Source of the DNA: a virus
Virus record (IMG/VR): IMGVR_UViG_3300042691_026427
Span: 32,001-96,000 of that record
DNA: 64,000 nucleotides
Reading direction: 5' to 3' (one strand)
This document shows positions 34,789-45,600 of the stretch, piece by piece (position 1 is the stretch's first letter; each line of letters begins with the position of its first letter). The notes beneath the pieces are model-generated. The model ran no database searches. It saw only the letters and a list, made by a program, of their open reading frames with translations, and was not told where the DNA came from. The translations under genes and the position numbers were made by a program.

Positions 34789-35970
34789 TTAGACAAACCA
34801 TGTAATTACGGAGTATCTAGTGCCTTTTGTAACTTCCATTATTTCGTGTGGAAACATAAAGTTACTAGGGAACATAATAACTGAGCCCTTTTTTAATTTA
34901 TATTTCAATTTTTTATCAAAAAATGCAAATTCCCCACCTTCGTAGTCATCATTTAACGCAAAAGAACACGACACTGTTCTCGGCTGTGCCTTAAAATGAT
35001 CACAATGCTGTGTATAAAAATAACCTACGTTATATCTTAAAAGTTCGTAACCACTATCTTGTTCAATACTTGCCATAGGCCATTTTTTATTGTACAACTG
35101 AATTGCATTGCTAGCACACTCCCATATTTTATTATCTATTATTTGTCTAACACCCGGATTTTTTTGTATGATCTCAGGACGCGAAATTCCCATTACATCA
35201 GCATTCCTAATAGATCTGTCAATTGTGCTGTCTGAGCCAACTGCGGTGGCACGCCATTCTAAAGAACTATCTTGGTATTCTGCTAAAATTAAATCGCATA
35301 TTTCGTCGGACACTACATTTTCAAAAATACAGATATATTCTTTAAGAAAGTCGATATGATTATTACTATCTTCAGATTGTTTGTTTTCGGGCTCTGCTAC
35401 TTGGTTAGATTTTTTCTTTACATCATCAGGCGGATTTTGAATTTTATCAAATACTGCCCAACTATTTTCTCCTCTACTTTTTACATAATGTAAAAATACC
35501 TGAACATATTCTTTACCTCGATATTGTTCTCGCCAATGTTCTGCTTGACATCCAAGATACAGCATGGCATCTCCAGATTCTAAATCTAAAGAAACTTCCT
35601 TACCGTCGGGAGTTTTAATCCATATAGGCCAGCTTTCGTCACCGGATAAATTAATAGTAAGACTAATTTCGCAGGCATTTCTATCTGTATGCTTTTCTAG
35701 AGTTGCCCCATTTTTATAGACTCGTGCATAGGAGTATGTTGGTAAAACAGTTTCGCCTAAAAATTTACTTACCTCGGGAGTTTTTTCACATAGTAATTCT
35801 AAAAAATCGATATGATTATAATGCGCTGATGAATTTTGTACTTGGTTATCATTATTGATATTATTTTCTTTGGTAAATCTAATAAATTCTTTGGCCAATT
35901 CATAAGATCTCTCAGAGCTTATAAAATTTTTTATGTATATAAAATTTGATTTTTCTAAAAGTTTATTCAT
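34789..35970 (-). CDS. Tandem 2OG-Fe(II) oxygenase (C-terminal prolyl-4-hydroxylase-like domain)
   Basis: Domain 1 has HTDR.ACEIS...HWR..Q.FLHY. Domain 2 has HCD...YEGGEF...FPS...HE..EV.KG.RYS..TW. Confidence 0.88.
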   Translation of the reverse strand: MNKLLEKSNFIYIKNFISSERSYELAKEFIRFTKENNINNDNQVQNSSAHYNHIDFLELLCEKTPEVSKFLGETVLPTYSYARVYKNGATLEKHTDRNACEISLTINLSGDESWPIWIKTPDGKEVSLDLESGDAMLYLGCQAEHWREQYRGKEYVQVFLHYVKSRGENSWAVFDKIQNPPDDVKKKSNQVAEPENKQSEDSNNHIDFLKEYICIFENVVSDEICDLILAEYQDSSLEWRATAVGSDSTIDRSIRNADVMGISRPEIIQKNPGVRQIIDNKIWECASNAIQLYNKKWPMASIEQDSGYELLRYNVGYFYTQHCDHFKAQPRTVSCSFALNDDYEGGEFAFFDKKLKYKLKKGSVIMFPSNFMFPHEIMEVTKGTRYSVITWFV

Positions 35971-35980
35971 TTTAATTAAT

Positions 35981-36265
35981 TTACATTGTTGAATAATATA
36001 CTGGAGGTGGATTTGCGTCGTATGCCGCTTGCCATGCTTCTAAACATTTTACCCCCCATGGAGGTAAAACTGAAATTGTTTCGTTCATTTTTTTGTTATT
36101 ATCTATAACCCGATATTCAATTTCTCCAACACCGTTTAACCATTGAAGTGCATGAACATCATCGGGCACCCCGCAATCTGAAAAATCAAGACCTTGATAA
36201 CTACAAATATCAGTAATTACTATAAGATCATCTACAATAATTGTAATTCTATCAGTATTAATCAT
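35981..36265 (-). CDS. Hypothetical tail-fibre-associated protein
   Basis: HALQW..G.GEIEY motif. Confidence 0.7.
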   Translation of the reverse strand: MINTDRITIIVDDLIVITDICSYQGLDFSDCGVPDDVHALQWLNGVGEIEYRVIDNNKKMNETISVLPPWGVKCLEAWQAAYDANPPPVYYSTM

Positions 36266-36596
36266 TATAATTTTTAATATCTTTATTAATGTTAATTACA
36301 GGGGTATCATTTCTTAGGGGAAGACCCGCAGCTATTGCTGCTCCCAAGACCTTAATATTGCTGTCATTGGCTTTTACCATCTCATTCCTAAAACTCTCTA
36401 CCGCAGCACCTGTTTGTCTCTGCTGCCCAGAATTTTCAATCAATAACATAGGTAAAAATGCCATTGAACAATTCCATTCGTCTACCCGTTTTCCTGTATT
36501 TGTGTCATAGCCTTCTATTTTTATAAACCATGCACACTTGAGTCCAACACATTCTTTTTTGATAAGAGGGCACCAATTTTCTCTTTTTAACTCCAT
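36258..36596 (-). CDS. Cys-rich conserved phage protein
   Basis: CPL...C....CAWF...C and AAVESFRNEMV. AGGAG SD. Confidence 0.75.
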   Translation of the reverse strand: MELKRENWCPLIKKECVGLKCAWFIKIEGYDTNTGKRVDEWNCSMAFLPMLLIENSGQQRQTGAAVESFRNEMVKANDSNIKVLGAAIAAGLPLRNDTPVININKDIKNYND

Positions 36597-36653
36597 ATTA
36601 AACTCCTATATTATAAAAATATTTATAGTTGTAAAGTATGTAGAGGAAAAAAA

Positions 36654-37157
36654 TTAAACCTTATATGCAATGATTACATCTACATATTTAAGGCTCCAAC
36701 CGGGCAATTGAACTGACCCGTTTACCCCAACTGTGACTGTATGAGAATGAGTTCCATCAGCGCCATTTGTAAGACTGCCGCCGTCAGGTTGACCAGTTCC
36801 AGCACCGAGAGTCATGACAATACCCGGACCTACGTTATTGTTAACAAACGTGGGGCCATTAAAGCTGCTGTTAGGAGCTCCTAAATTAACTCGATGTGAA
36901 TGGTTAGGAAGTTCTGCTAGGGTGCCATCTGAAGTTGACGGTGAATATCCCGGAGAAGTCACTACCCAAGGCCATCCTGCTGATCCTCCTGGATGCAGAG
37001 TTGAAAAGAAATTTCCAGTATCTACTACGCCGCCACCGGCCCCTCCAACAATTCTAAGAGCACTATCAGTACTGCTTACAATCTTAACCCAGCCCACCGG
37101 CGCAGCAGTTTGTCTAAATGGAATTATTGTACCAGAAGGAAATGTTTGAGTCCCCAT
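36654..37157 (-). CDS. Short tail-fibre/collar-like protein, paralogue 1
   Basis: F.Q.AAP.GW..ALRI collar-like N-terminus, HSH motifs and YVDVIIA end. Confidence 0.7.
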   Translation of the reverse strand: MGTQTFPSGTIIPFRQTAAPVGWVKIVSSTDSALRIVGGAGGGVVDTGNFFSTLHPGGSAGWPWVVTSPGYSPSTSDGTLAELPNHSHRVNLGAPNSSFNGPTFVNNNVGPGIVMTLGAGTGQPDGGSLTNGADGTHSHTVTVGVNGSVQLPGWSLKYVDVIIAYKV

Positions 37158-37159
37158 AA

Positions 37160-37663
37160 TTAATTCCTTTGAGCTATTATTGCGTCAACATATCTCAGTG
37201 CCAATGGAAGAGGCGTAGGAGATAAATCAACTCCACCAGAGCTAGAAAGTGTATGATTATGGGATCCACCTCCACCTGCGGGTCCTGCAGGAGTGCTGTT
37301 AGGTCCATAAAATACCGGCAAAGGCGATCTGCCTGGTCCTGTTCCTGGATGGACAGGGTAAGGTGAAGTTCCTGATCCAGGAAGGCCCCAATCAAGGTGT
37401 CTATGAACTGCCATTTGAGATGAAGACAGAGTAGCAGGACCAACAGTCGCTGATATGGGAATTGTACTAGTCCCAGAAATTGTACTTGTAAGAGGTTTAT
37501 CTGTAAAAACTGTACTGAAGTTTGAAAGTCCGCCTGCGGTCACTGTGCCACTGGTTATTCGTAAAGCAGCGTCGTCATCTGTAGTTAATTTTGTCCAGCC
37601 GACAGGTGCTGTGGGTTGAACAAAAACGGTTATACTACTGGATGGAATAGATGGTATTGGCAT
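37160..37663 (-). CDS. Short tail-fibre/collar-like protein, paralogue 2
   Basis: F.Q.TAP.GW..ALRI, HRH/HNH and YVDAIIA end. Confidence 0.7.
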   Translation of the reverse strand: MPIPSIPSSSITVFVQPTAPVGWTKLTTDDDAALRITSGTVTAGGLSNFSTVFTDKPLTSTISGTSTIPISATVGPATLSSSQMAVHRHLDWGLPGSGTSPYPVHPGTGPGRSPLPVFYGPNSTPAGPAGGGGSHNHTLSSSGGVDLSPTPLPLALRYVDAIIAQRN

Positions 37664-38274
37664 TATGCAAAATTTTTAGTTGCTCTTATAAAATCCAAGC
37701 GTCTAATTGAAAATCCAGATGGACTTGTTGCAGTAAAGAATCCGCCGCCAGCGGCACCGGGCCAATTATGATTGTGCGAGGCTCCCGGAGCAGGATAACC
37801 GGGAGGAGTTGCAGGAAATGTAGTTCCAGCTGATTCTCGACCATAATACCAACCGTAGGCCAATACTGGTCTAGTGGACGGGACATTCGTTGTTCCATAG
37901 ACCAGTGGGTTACTAGCACCAGGAAAGGTATTAGAAGTTACAGTAGGCGAATGTGTGTGGATAGGCAGGCCCGCAGTACCAATTGAAGTAAACCCAGTAC
38001 CAGTTGAAGCAATAGGAGCCGTGGCAACTGAAACTTGGACAGGAAATCCACTTGCTGGATAAACTGATGTAAATGACCTAGTGCCTGATACTGTTCCGCC
38101 AGTTGTTCCGGACACTATTCTTAGGCCTATGTCATTTTCCGAGGTATCTTGTGTCCAACCAGTGGGTGCAGTCGCCTGATGAAATATCATAGTGGAACCG
38201 TAGTATTCGGGTTCTGGATCTGTGAATGGTTGTAGGTAAAAATCAAAACCTGCTGACGAAGCTGCTCTTGGCAT
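37663..38274 (-). CDS. Short tail-fibre/collar-like protein, paralogue 3
   Basis: FHQ.TAP.GW..GLRI, HTH/HNH and LDFI.A end. Confidence 0.7.
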   Translation of the reverse strand: MPRAASSAGFDFYLQPFTDPEPEYYGSTMIFHQATAPTGWTQDTSENDIGLRIVSGTTGGTVSGTRSFTSVYPASGFPVQVSVATAPIASTGTGFTSIGTAGLPIHTHSPTVTSNTFPGASNPLVYGTTNVPSTRPVLAYGWYYGRESAGTTFPATPPGYPAPGASHNHNWPGAAGGGFFTATSPSGFSIRRLDFIRATKNFA

Positions 38275-38289
38275 GATAATCCTTTTTAT

Positions 38290-39282
38290 TTAGACATATG
38301 TAGTGAATTGTCCGAATACAATCCATGATCCTGCAAGTCTTACTAAAGAATAAGAAACCATATCTGTTTGATTGGCAACCCCTACTGCTGTTACTCCTTG
38401 GCTCCATCTTATAGTCTGCGCTGCACCGTTAATTTGTATTCCTGTAGGAGTTCGTGCAGTTGCTCCTTGAGCTACATAAAGAACAACTACTGTGGTAACA
38501 CCGTTAGTTGTTGGTATATTGTTAAAGTTTGGTGTAAAATTAGCTGCCGGTGAAGTTAGATAAAAAACACCACCTTGTGTGAAATCAAAAGTTACTGTGC
38601 CAGTTGCACCGGAACTAGTTGGTGTAAGATCAACAGTGGTAGCAGTAACTCCTAAAGAACCAGTAAATCCTGAAATCCCTAGTGATCCGGAGAATCCAAT
38701 TGATCCAATAAATCCGACACTACCAGTGAAACTTTGACTACCGGTAAATCCCTGACTACCAGTAAATGCCCGGCTACCAGTGAATCCTTGACTACCACTA
38801 TAACCAAATGATCCAGTGAAACTTTGACTACCAGTGAATCCCTGACTACCTGTAAATCCGCTACCAGTGAAACCTCGACTACCAGTGAAACCAAAACTAC
38901 CAGTAAAACTTTGACTGCCAGTAAATCCAAAACTACCAGTAAAGGCCAGGCTACCAGTAAATCCAATACTACCACTAAATCCTTGACTACCTACATAGCT
39001 TCTGCTGCCGGTAAATCCTATCCCTCCTATTGATCCAGTGAATCCAATAGACGCAAATGCTCCAGAACTTCCCACAAACCCGGTAACTCCAAATGAACCA
39101 GTATAACCAAATGAACCTGTAAAACTTTGACTTCCAGTAAATCCAATCGAAGCAAATGCACCAGAACTACCAGTATAACCTTGGGTATTGCCCACAACAA
39201 CCCATGCTTTTCCGTTGAACTGCCATGTTCTATTTCCAAAGGTATAAGTTTGATTTAATGCTGGGCTAGGTGGAAAATTCAT
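38290..39282 (-). CDS. Fibre protein with G-[FY]-x-G-S-x repeats
   Basis: NFP.SP..NQTY....TW.F.G..W N-terminal module, repeat stalk and globular C-terminal beta domain. Confidence 0.8.
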   Translation of the reverse strand: MNFPPSPALNQTYTFGNRTWQFNGKAWVVVGNTQGYTGSSGAFASIGFTGSQSFTGSFGYTGSFGVTGFVGSSGAFASIGFTGSIGGIGFTGSRSYVGSQGFSGSIGFTGSLAFTGSFGFTGSQSFTGSFGFTGSRGFTGSGFTGSQGFTGSQSFTGSFGYSGSQGFTGSRAFTGSQGFTGSQSFTGSVGFIGSIGFSGSLGISGFTGSLGVTATTVDLTPTSSGATGTVTFDFTQGGVFYLTSPAANFTPNFNNIPTTNGVTTVVVLYVAQGATARTPTGIQINGAAQTIRWSQGVTAVGVANQTDMVSYSLVRLAGSWIVFGQFTTYV

Positions 39283-39324
39283 TGGTATTTTTAATTATGT
39301 TATCTTTGTATATTTAACATTTTA

Positions 39325-42300
39325 TTATTCGTTGGCTGTTCTAGTTGAAGGGAACAGACGTAAATTGCCTGGCCAAATAATTCTAACAGCTCCGCCGCCT
39401 GGTTGCCAAAGTGCAGGACTACCCGGACCTCCGGCGCCGCCGCCATACAATTTACCGACGCCATTTGACCCGGGGTTGCCTGGCTGTCCAGCAGTTGTTG
39501 CTGAACCGGAAGACGCACCTCCAGTGCCGCTCGCGCCTTCACCGTATATTCCCACGCCGCCACCAGCACCTCCACCACCTGGTCCGGCACCGCCGGCACC
39601 ACCGCCACCACCTGCACCTCCCGAGCCAGTGAAACCATTTCCATAAGTGGCAAAAGCGCCACCATAATGCGGAGCGCCCGACCCACCAGACCAAGACACC
39701 TGGCCACCTACTGTTCCTCCACCGCCTCCACCTGCACCACCAGTTCCAAATAGTGAACCTGCTCCTGCAAATATGCCAGGTCCACCATTTCCAGAATATC
39801 CTGCAGCGCCACCGCCACCACCCGGATAACCGCCAAAGGTAGTTACGGTACCCCTTCCGCCACTGGCAGCAAACAAGTACGTTTCACTGTTAAAGAAAGA
39901 AGGTGGTAAGTCCTCAGGCGTGTTGCTGACGCCAATCCGCGCAACTTGAATAGGGTATACAGTTCCTGCTGTTACTGATAGATTATTCTTATATGTTAAT
40001 CCACCGCCGCCACCACCGCCATAATAGCCGTTAGGTGTGCCTCCGGCACCTACTAGTACTATTGAAATAGATGTAACTCCTTCTGGTACTGTCCAATTAT
40101 AGTTGCCAGCTGTTGTAAATTCAACTTGTCCTGGTGGCGCAACTACTTGGACTGAATTACTAGCACCAGAAGATGCACTGTTTCCTGCTGCGTTAGTAGC
40201 ATATACCGTAAATGTATATGATGACAGTGCAGTTAATCCAGTAACAGTGATAGATCCTGATCCCGATCCCGACAATGTTCCTGTAATTCCTCCAGGACTA
40301 CTAACAGCGGTATAAGACGTAATTACACTGCCACCGTTATTTGCAGGCGCAGTAAAGCTCACGCTTGCGGTAGTAGCATTTACACTTGTAGCTGTTCCAA
40401 TTGTTGGTACGTTAGGAGCCACTGCCGGAGCAACAAACAGATCATTACTGAATGTTCCAGTTCCAATAAAATTTGTAGACAGTACCTGAACATTATATGT
40501 CCTACCTTGAGCAAGAGAAGTTGCAGTGTAGGTAGTAATAGGAGCTCCTGAATTTGGTAAAGTAACATCTACTGTAGATGCAGGTGTAGTGCTGTAACTT
40601 CCAGGCGGAACTCCTACATCTAACAACAACAATCTAACTCTCCAAGAAGTAATTGGCCAACCGCTTGTATTTGTTGGGTTTGTCCAATTTACTACTAAAG
40701 AGCTAGTGCTTGCAATAGATACATTGACAACACTTATTGTAGGTGGAACACTTCCTGCTGGAATATTTCTAAGTTGTAAAGGAGAACTTGTGCCTATTGT
40801 GTTAACAGCATATACATCAAAGTCGTAATATGTACCGGCAGTAAGACCTGTAAATGTAAACTCGCCAGCGCCTGATTGTTCTAAGGTAATTGTAGGTCCG
40901 CTAGGTAATTGTGTTGTATAATATGAAGTAACAATTAATCCTCCAGTATTTGGAGTATCGTAAAGAATTACTATTGTAGTGGCGTCCGGATTCTGTGTAC
41001 CTGTTGATCTAAGTCTAGGTGGTCCAGGCGCAATCAATGGAACATAAACAAAGCCTGGCGCCACATTCAAATCTGGGAATCGGCGTTGGTTTCCCGGCCA
41101 TACTATTCGAACTGCTCCGTATCTTCCTTGATTTGCGCTAAGAGGTGTTACTCCTGTAACGTTGCCGTAGCTATATGCACCTGCGCCGCCACCTACATAT
41201 AGGTATTCGTTATTAATCACTGCTGGTGTAAATGAAAAAGGGCCAGTAGAACTACTAAGCCTATTTGCACTTCCTCCACTTATGGCAATGCCATAGGCTT
41301 CTGATCCCGTTGCATTGAATACTCCAGAGGTGCCAGAAGCGCCACGTGCATTTTGAACAATGTGAAAATCTATTTGATTTGGTGTTGCTTCATAAAATTG
41401 ATATTCTACAACCATATTAGGAGAACCTAGGGTGCCTGACGCAGATGCGGTTCCTTCAAATATAATTACATATATCCTATTGGGGGCGGTGCCTACAGTT
41501 CCAAAATAAATTCGTTGTCCAGAATTATCTGCTGCGCTAACCATTATTTTTGGAAATGCTGGGACATTGCCACCTAACCCACTAAAGGCTGAAGAACCGC
41601 TGCCAAATGTTATGTAGCTGTTTGTTCCTACAAAAACTTGCGAGTAAGATGTACCGAGAAAATTAACATTCCAAGGTAAGCTAACAGTCCAAAAGTTGTC
41701 GTCGCCGGCATTGCTAGTTGAACTAGCAAGCCCAGATATTCCTAGGGGACTATATGTAATAGCACTCACAGTGGTAATACTACCGCTAGTCACTGCATTA
41801 CTTATGTTTATGGTACTTCCGGGACCTGTCGCTGTAACCGGAGAATTTGTAGCTGTGGGAGGTGATCCGTCTAGTCGCTGCCCGTAAATTCCCACGCCGC
41901 CGCCGTAGCCTCCTGATTGAGTTTGTATTGTTCCAGCTACACTGTTGCCACCTGCGCCAGCCCCACCAAATCCTACCGCGCCCTGCTGCGAATTGAGACT
42001 AGTTTGGCGGCTACCTTCTCCTAGTCCACCAGCACCGTCATATCCGCCTGCACCTCCGCCACCTGCACCAGTCTTTTGAACGTTGTTATTTAGGCTACCA
42101 CTACCGCCATCGCCACCACGGCCTCCGCCCTCGCCAATTACTCGAGCTCCCCCTGTGCCTCCTTGAGCGAGGAAGGCGCCAGGAGCACCACCATTACCGC
42201 CAGTTGCTGAAACAATAAATGTACCACTGCCCTGTCGTCTGACCCAGCTACTGCCTCCGGCTGCACCGGCGGTTACGGCAGACCCTATATTAATGCCAGG

Positions 42301-42621
42301 AGAACCTGTAATAAAATTTGAGCCACCATTACCACCAAACCCGGCGTTTATTTCTAAAATTTCTCCGGGTGTAACAGCAATATCAGTAACATAGGCTAAT
42401 CCACCACCACCGCCTGCACCACCTGTTGAAATTATACTGGTGGTAAAATTGTATGCTGATCCACCACCGCCCCCACCACCACCTACTACTACTATTGAAA
42501 TAGATGTAACTCCTGCAGGCACAGTCCAAGAAATTATACCCGCAGTATTGAAAAAAATACGTTCCCCACCAGATGGTCGTACTAAATTCCTTGCACTACT
42601 TACGAAGAATGTTCCACTCAT
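39325..42621 (-). CDS. Glycine-rich adhesin/fibre protein with FN3 domains
   Basis: Two WTVP.GVTSIS.V.VG.GG...GAVRI.WPG glycine-rich domains flank three FN3-like repeats (GL..GT.Y.F.V.A.N..G). Confidence 0.8.
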   Translation of the reverse strand: MSGTFFVSSARNLVRPSGGERIFFNTAGIISWTVPAGVTSISIVVVGGGGGGGGSAYNFTTSIISTGGAGGGGGLAYVTDIAVTPGEILEINAGFGGNGGSNFITGSPGINIGSAVTAGAAGGSSWVRRQGSGTFIVSATGGNGGAPGAFLAQGGTGGARVIGEGGGRGGDGGSGSLNNNVQKTGAGGGGAGGYDGAGGLGEGSRQTSLNSQQGAVGFGGAGAGGNSVAGTIQTQSGGYGGGVGIYGQRLDGSPPTATNSPVTATGPGSTINISNAVTSGSITTVSAITYSPLGISGLASSTSNAGDDNFWTVSLPWNVNFLGTSYSQVFVGTNSYITFGSGSSAFSGLGGNVPAFPKIMVSAADNSGQRIYFGTVGTAPNRIYVIIFEGTASASGTLGSPNMVVEYQFYEATPNQIDFHIVQNARGASGTSGVFNATGSEAYGIAISGGSANRLSSSTGPFSFTPAVINNEYLYVGGGAGAYSYGNVTGVTPLSANQGRYGAVRIVWPGNQRRFPDLNVAPGFVYVPLIAPGPPRLRSTGTQNPDATTIVILYDTPNTGGLIVTSYYTTQLPSGPTITLEQSGAGEFTFTGLTAGTYYDFDVYAVNTIGTSSPLQLRNIPAGSVPPTISVVNVSIASTSSLVVNWTNPTNTSGWPITSWRVRLLLLDVGVPPGSYSTTPASTVDVTLPNSGAPITTYTATSLAQGRTYNVQVLSTNFIGTGTFSNDLFVAPAVAPNVPTIGTATSVNATTASVSFTAPANNGGSVITSYTAVSSPGGITGTLSGSGSGSITVTGLTALSSYTFTVYATNAAGNSASSGASNSVQVVAPPGQVEFTTAGNYNWTVPEGVTSISIVLVGAGGTPNGYYGGGGGGGLTYKNNLSVTAGTVYPIQVARIGVSNTPEDLPPSFFNSETYLFAASGGRGTVTTFGGYPGGGGGAAGYSGNGGPGIFAGAGSLFGTGGAGGGGGGTVGGQVSWSGGSGAPHYGGAFATYGNGFTGSGGAGGGGGAGGAGPGGGGAGGGVGIYGEGASGTGGASSGSATTAGQPGNPGSNGVGKLYGGGAGGPGSPALWQPGGGAVRIIWPGNLRLFPSTRTANE

Positions 42622-45600
42622 ACTTTTCGATAATAAATTGTTATTTTTGCTCCAGCTGCACCAGATCCAATAGTATCAACATCTAAGGTAACTTCATCAT
42701 CGTCTGCAAAACTAGTTGTAACTAAAGTTGTAGGTGTCGCAGCAGTAGTTGATGTCTTTTCTCCTGCATCAATAGTTAGTTTATTAGCTCCTAATACGGA
42801 AACACCATTTTTATTAATATCAAGAGTTACTATTGAGGCGCCGGCTGTTGTCAAGCTGGCTCTAGGCAATTGAGTCAACGTTAGTGCGTAAGGAGTCCTA
42901 AATGTTACAGCAGTTCCTGCAGATAATGGACTATATTCGTCGCTAAGTGCAACGCTCATATAATCACTAAATCCTGCACTACCAGTAAATCCTATTGCCC
43001 CCTGGGCCGTTACATTTCCTGCACTACCAGTAAATCCTAACGGGCCTAAGAATCCGCCGCCAGCAGCAACTTCAACCCATTGGAATGTGTCCCCGTCATT
43101 GGTATAGACATATTCTAAACCTAACGCACTGTCAAACCATCGATCACCTATTACTGGCGATACAGGAGCAGTTGCACTATATGAGAATGAACTTTCACCT
43201 TTTGATCCACTGAATCCGCGACTACCGGCAAATCCAAATGATCCAGTATAACCAAATGATCCTACAAATCCTTCACTACCAGTAAATCCGCGACTACCAG
43301 TGTAGCCAAAACTACCCGAGTATCCAAATGATCCTACGTAACCTCCACTACCAGTAAATGCCCGGCTACCAGTGAATCCTTGACTACCACTATAACCAAA
43401 TGATCCACTAAATCCAAAACTACCAGTGAATCCTGCGCTTCCAAAAAATCCTTGACTACCACTAAATCCTTGATCACCTGTTCTATTGAAAACTAGACTT
43501 AATGTGTCGTTGTTAGTAGGAATAGCGCCTGCAACATATGAAACAGTTAATGTAGCAAAAGTAGTACCAGTAGTAATTGAAGTAACATTCCAAACATTTA
43601 TATTAGGCGATGTGTTTAGATTATTTTCAATAATCAACTGTCCCTTATTTGGGTTAGTACTGTTGGCCCACTGATTAATATAGGTATTGATCTGCGAGCC
43701 TAGTGAATCTAAATTATTAATAAAGATAGAAGTAACACTAGTTACAACACCATTATTAAATCTTAAACTACCATTTGATCCAACGCCGGCTGTAGTTACG
43801 TTGTCAAAGTAATATTTTAGGCCGCCCTTGTCTCCTTGACTACCACTAAATCCAAAACTACCAGTAAATCCTTGACTACCGGCAAATCCTTGTGATCCAC
43901 TAAATCCAAAACTACCTGTAAATCCAAATGATCCAGTGAAACTTTGACTACCAGTGAATCCCTGACTACCAGTGAATCCCTGTGATCCACTAAATCCGAA
44001 ACTACCAGTAAATCCGAAACTACCAGTGAAACTTTGACTACCAGTAAATCCCTGTGATCCACTAAATCCTTGTGATCCGGTGAAACTTTGACTGCCAGTA
44101 AATCCTTGACTACCACTAAATCCGCTACCGGTGTAGCCGAAACTACCAGTATAACTCTGACTACCAGTATATCCAATAGAACCAGTATAACCAAATGACC
44201 CAGTGTAGCCAAATGATCCTACATAACCTTCACTACCAGTGTAACTTTGACTACCAGTATATCCAATAGAACCAGTGTATCCAAATGATCCTACATAGCC
44301 TTCACTACCAGTAAATCCTCGACTACCTGTGAATCCGCTACCAGTATAACCAAAGCTACCAGTGTAGCCAAATGATCCAGTATAGCCAAATGATCCTACA
44401 TAGCCTTCACTACCAGTAAATCCTCGACTTCCGGTATAACCAAATGATCCAGTGAAACTTTGACTACCAGTGAATCCCTGACTACCAGTGAATCCCTGTG
44501 ATCCACTAAATCCGAAACTACCAGTAAATCCGAAACTACCAGTGAAACTTTGACTACCAGTAAATCCCTGTGATCCACTAAATCCTTGTGATCCAGTGAA
44601 ACTTTGACTGCCAGTAAATCCTTGACTACCACTAAATCCGCTACCGGTGTAGCCGAAACTACCAGTATAACTCTGACTACCAGTATAACCAAAGCTACCA
44701 GTGTAGCCAAATGACCCAGTGTAGCCAAATGATCCTACATAACCTTCACTACCAGTAAATCCTCGACTTCCGGTATAACCAAATGATCCCACATAGCCTT
44801 CACTACCGGTATAACTTTGACTACCAGTGAACCCTCGACTTCCACTGTAGCCAATAGAGCCAGTGTAACCAAATGATCCTACATAGCCTTCACTACCAGT
44901 GAAACCTCGACTTCCACTATAACCAAATGATCCTACATAGCCTTCACTACCAGTGAAGCTCTGACTACCAGTAAAACCTTGACTTCCGCTATAGCCAAAT
45001 GATCCAGTGTAACCAAATGATCCTACATAACCTTCACTACCACTATAACCAAAGCTGCCTGCAAAACCTGAACTACCAGTAAAGCCTTGGCTACCTGTAA
45101 ATCCTCTATCACCTGTTCTAATAAATTCTACTACAACTTGATCATTATTAACACCATATACGCCAGATGCATACGTAACAGTTAATGTAAAATAAGTACT
45201 CTGATTAAGAATAGCGGTTACATTCCATGCACTGAAGACATTAGAAGTAGAGCTATTATTTTTAATTATTAGCTGACCCTTGATTGCATTTGTACTATCA
45301 TCCCACTGGTTAATGTAGTTTGTTTGGCCTATACCATTTACATCATTAACGTTGATATAGATTGCAGTTACGTTTGCAATAATTGCATTATTTGTTCTTA
45401 AACTACCTGCGGTGCCAACACCAGCTGTTCTATTGGTATCATAATAGTAACGCAGGCCACCTTTGTCTGCACTACTACCTGTATAACCTAGGGCCGCAAA
45501 TGCACCTGAACTACCAGTAAAACCAAATGAACCAGTATAACCAAATGAACCTGTAAAACTTTGACTACCAGTAAAGCCAGCGCCTTGACTACCAGTAAAA

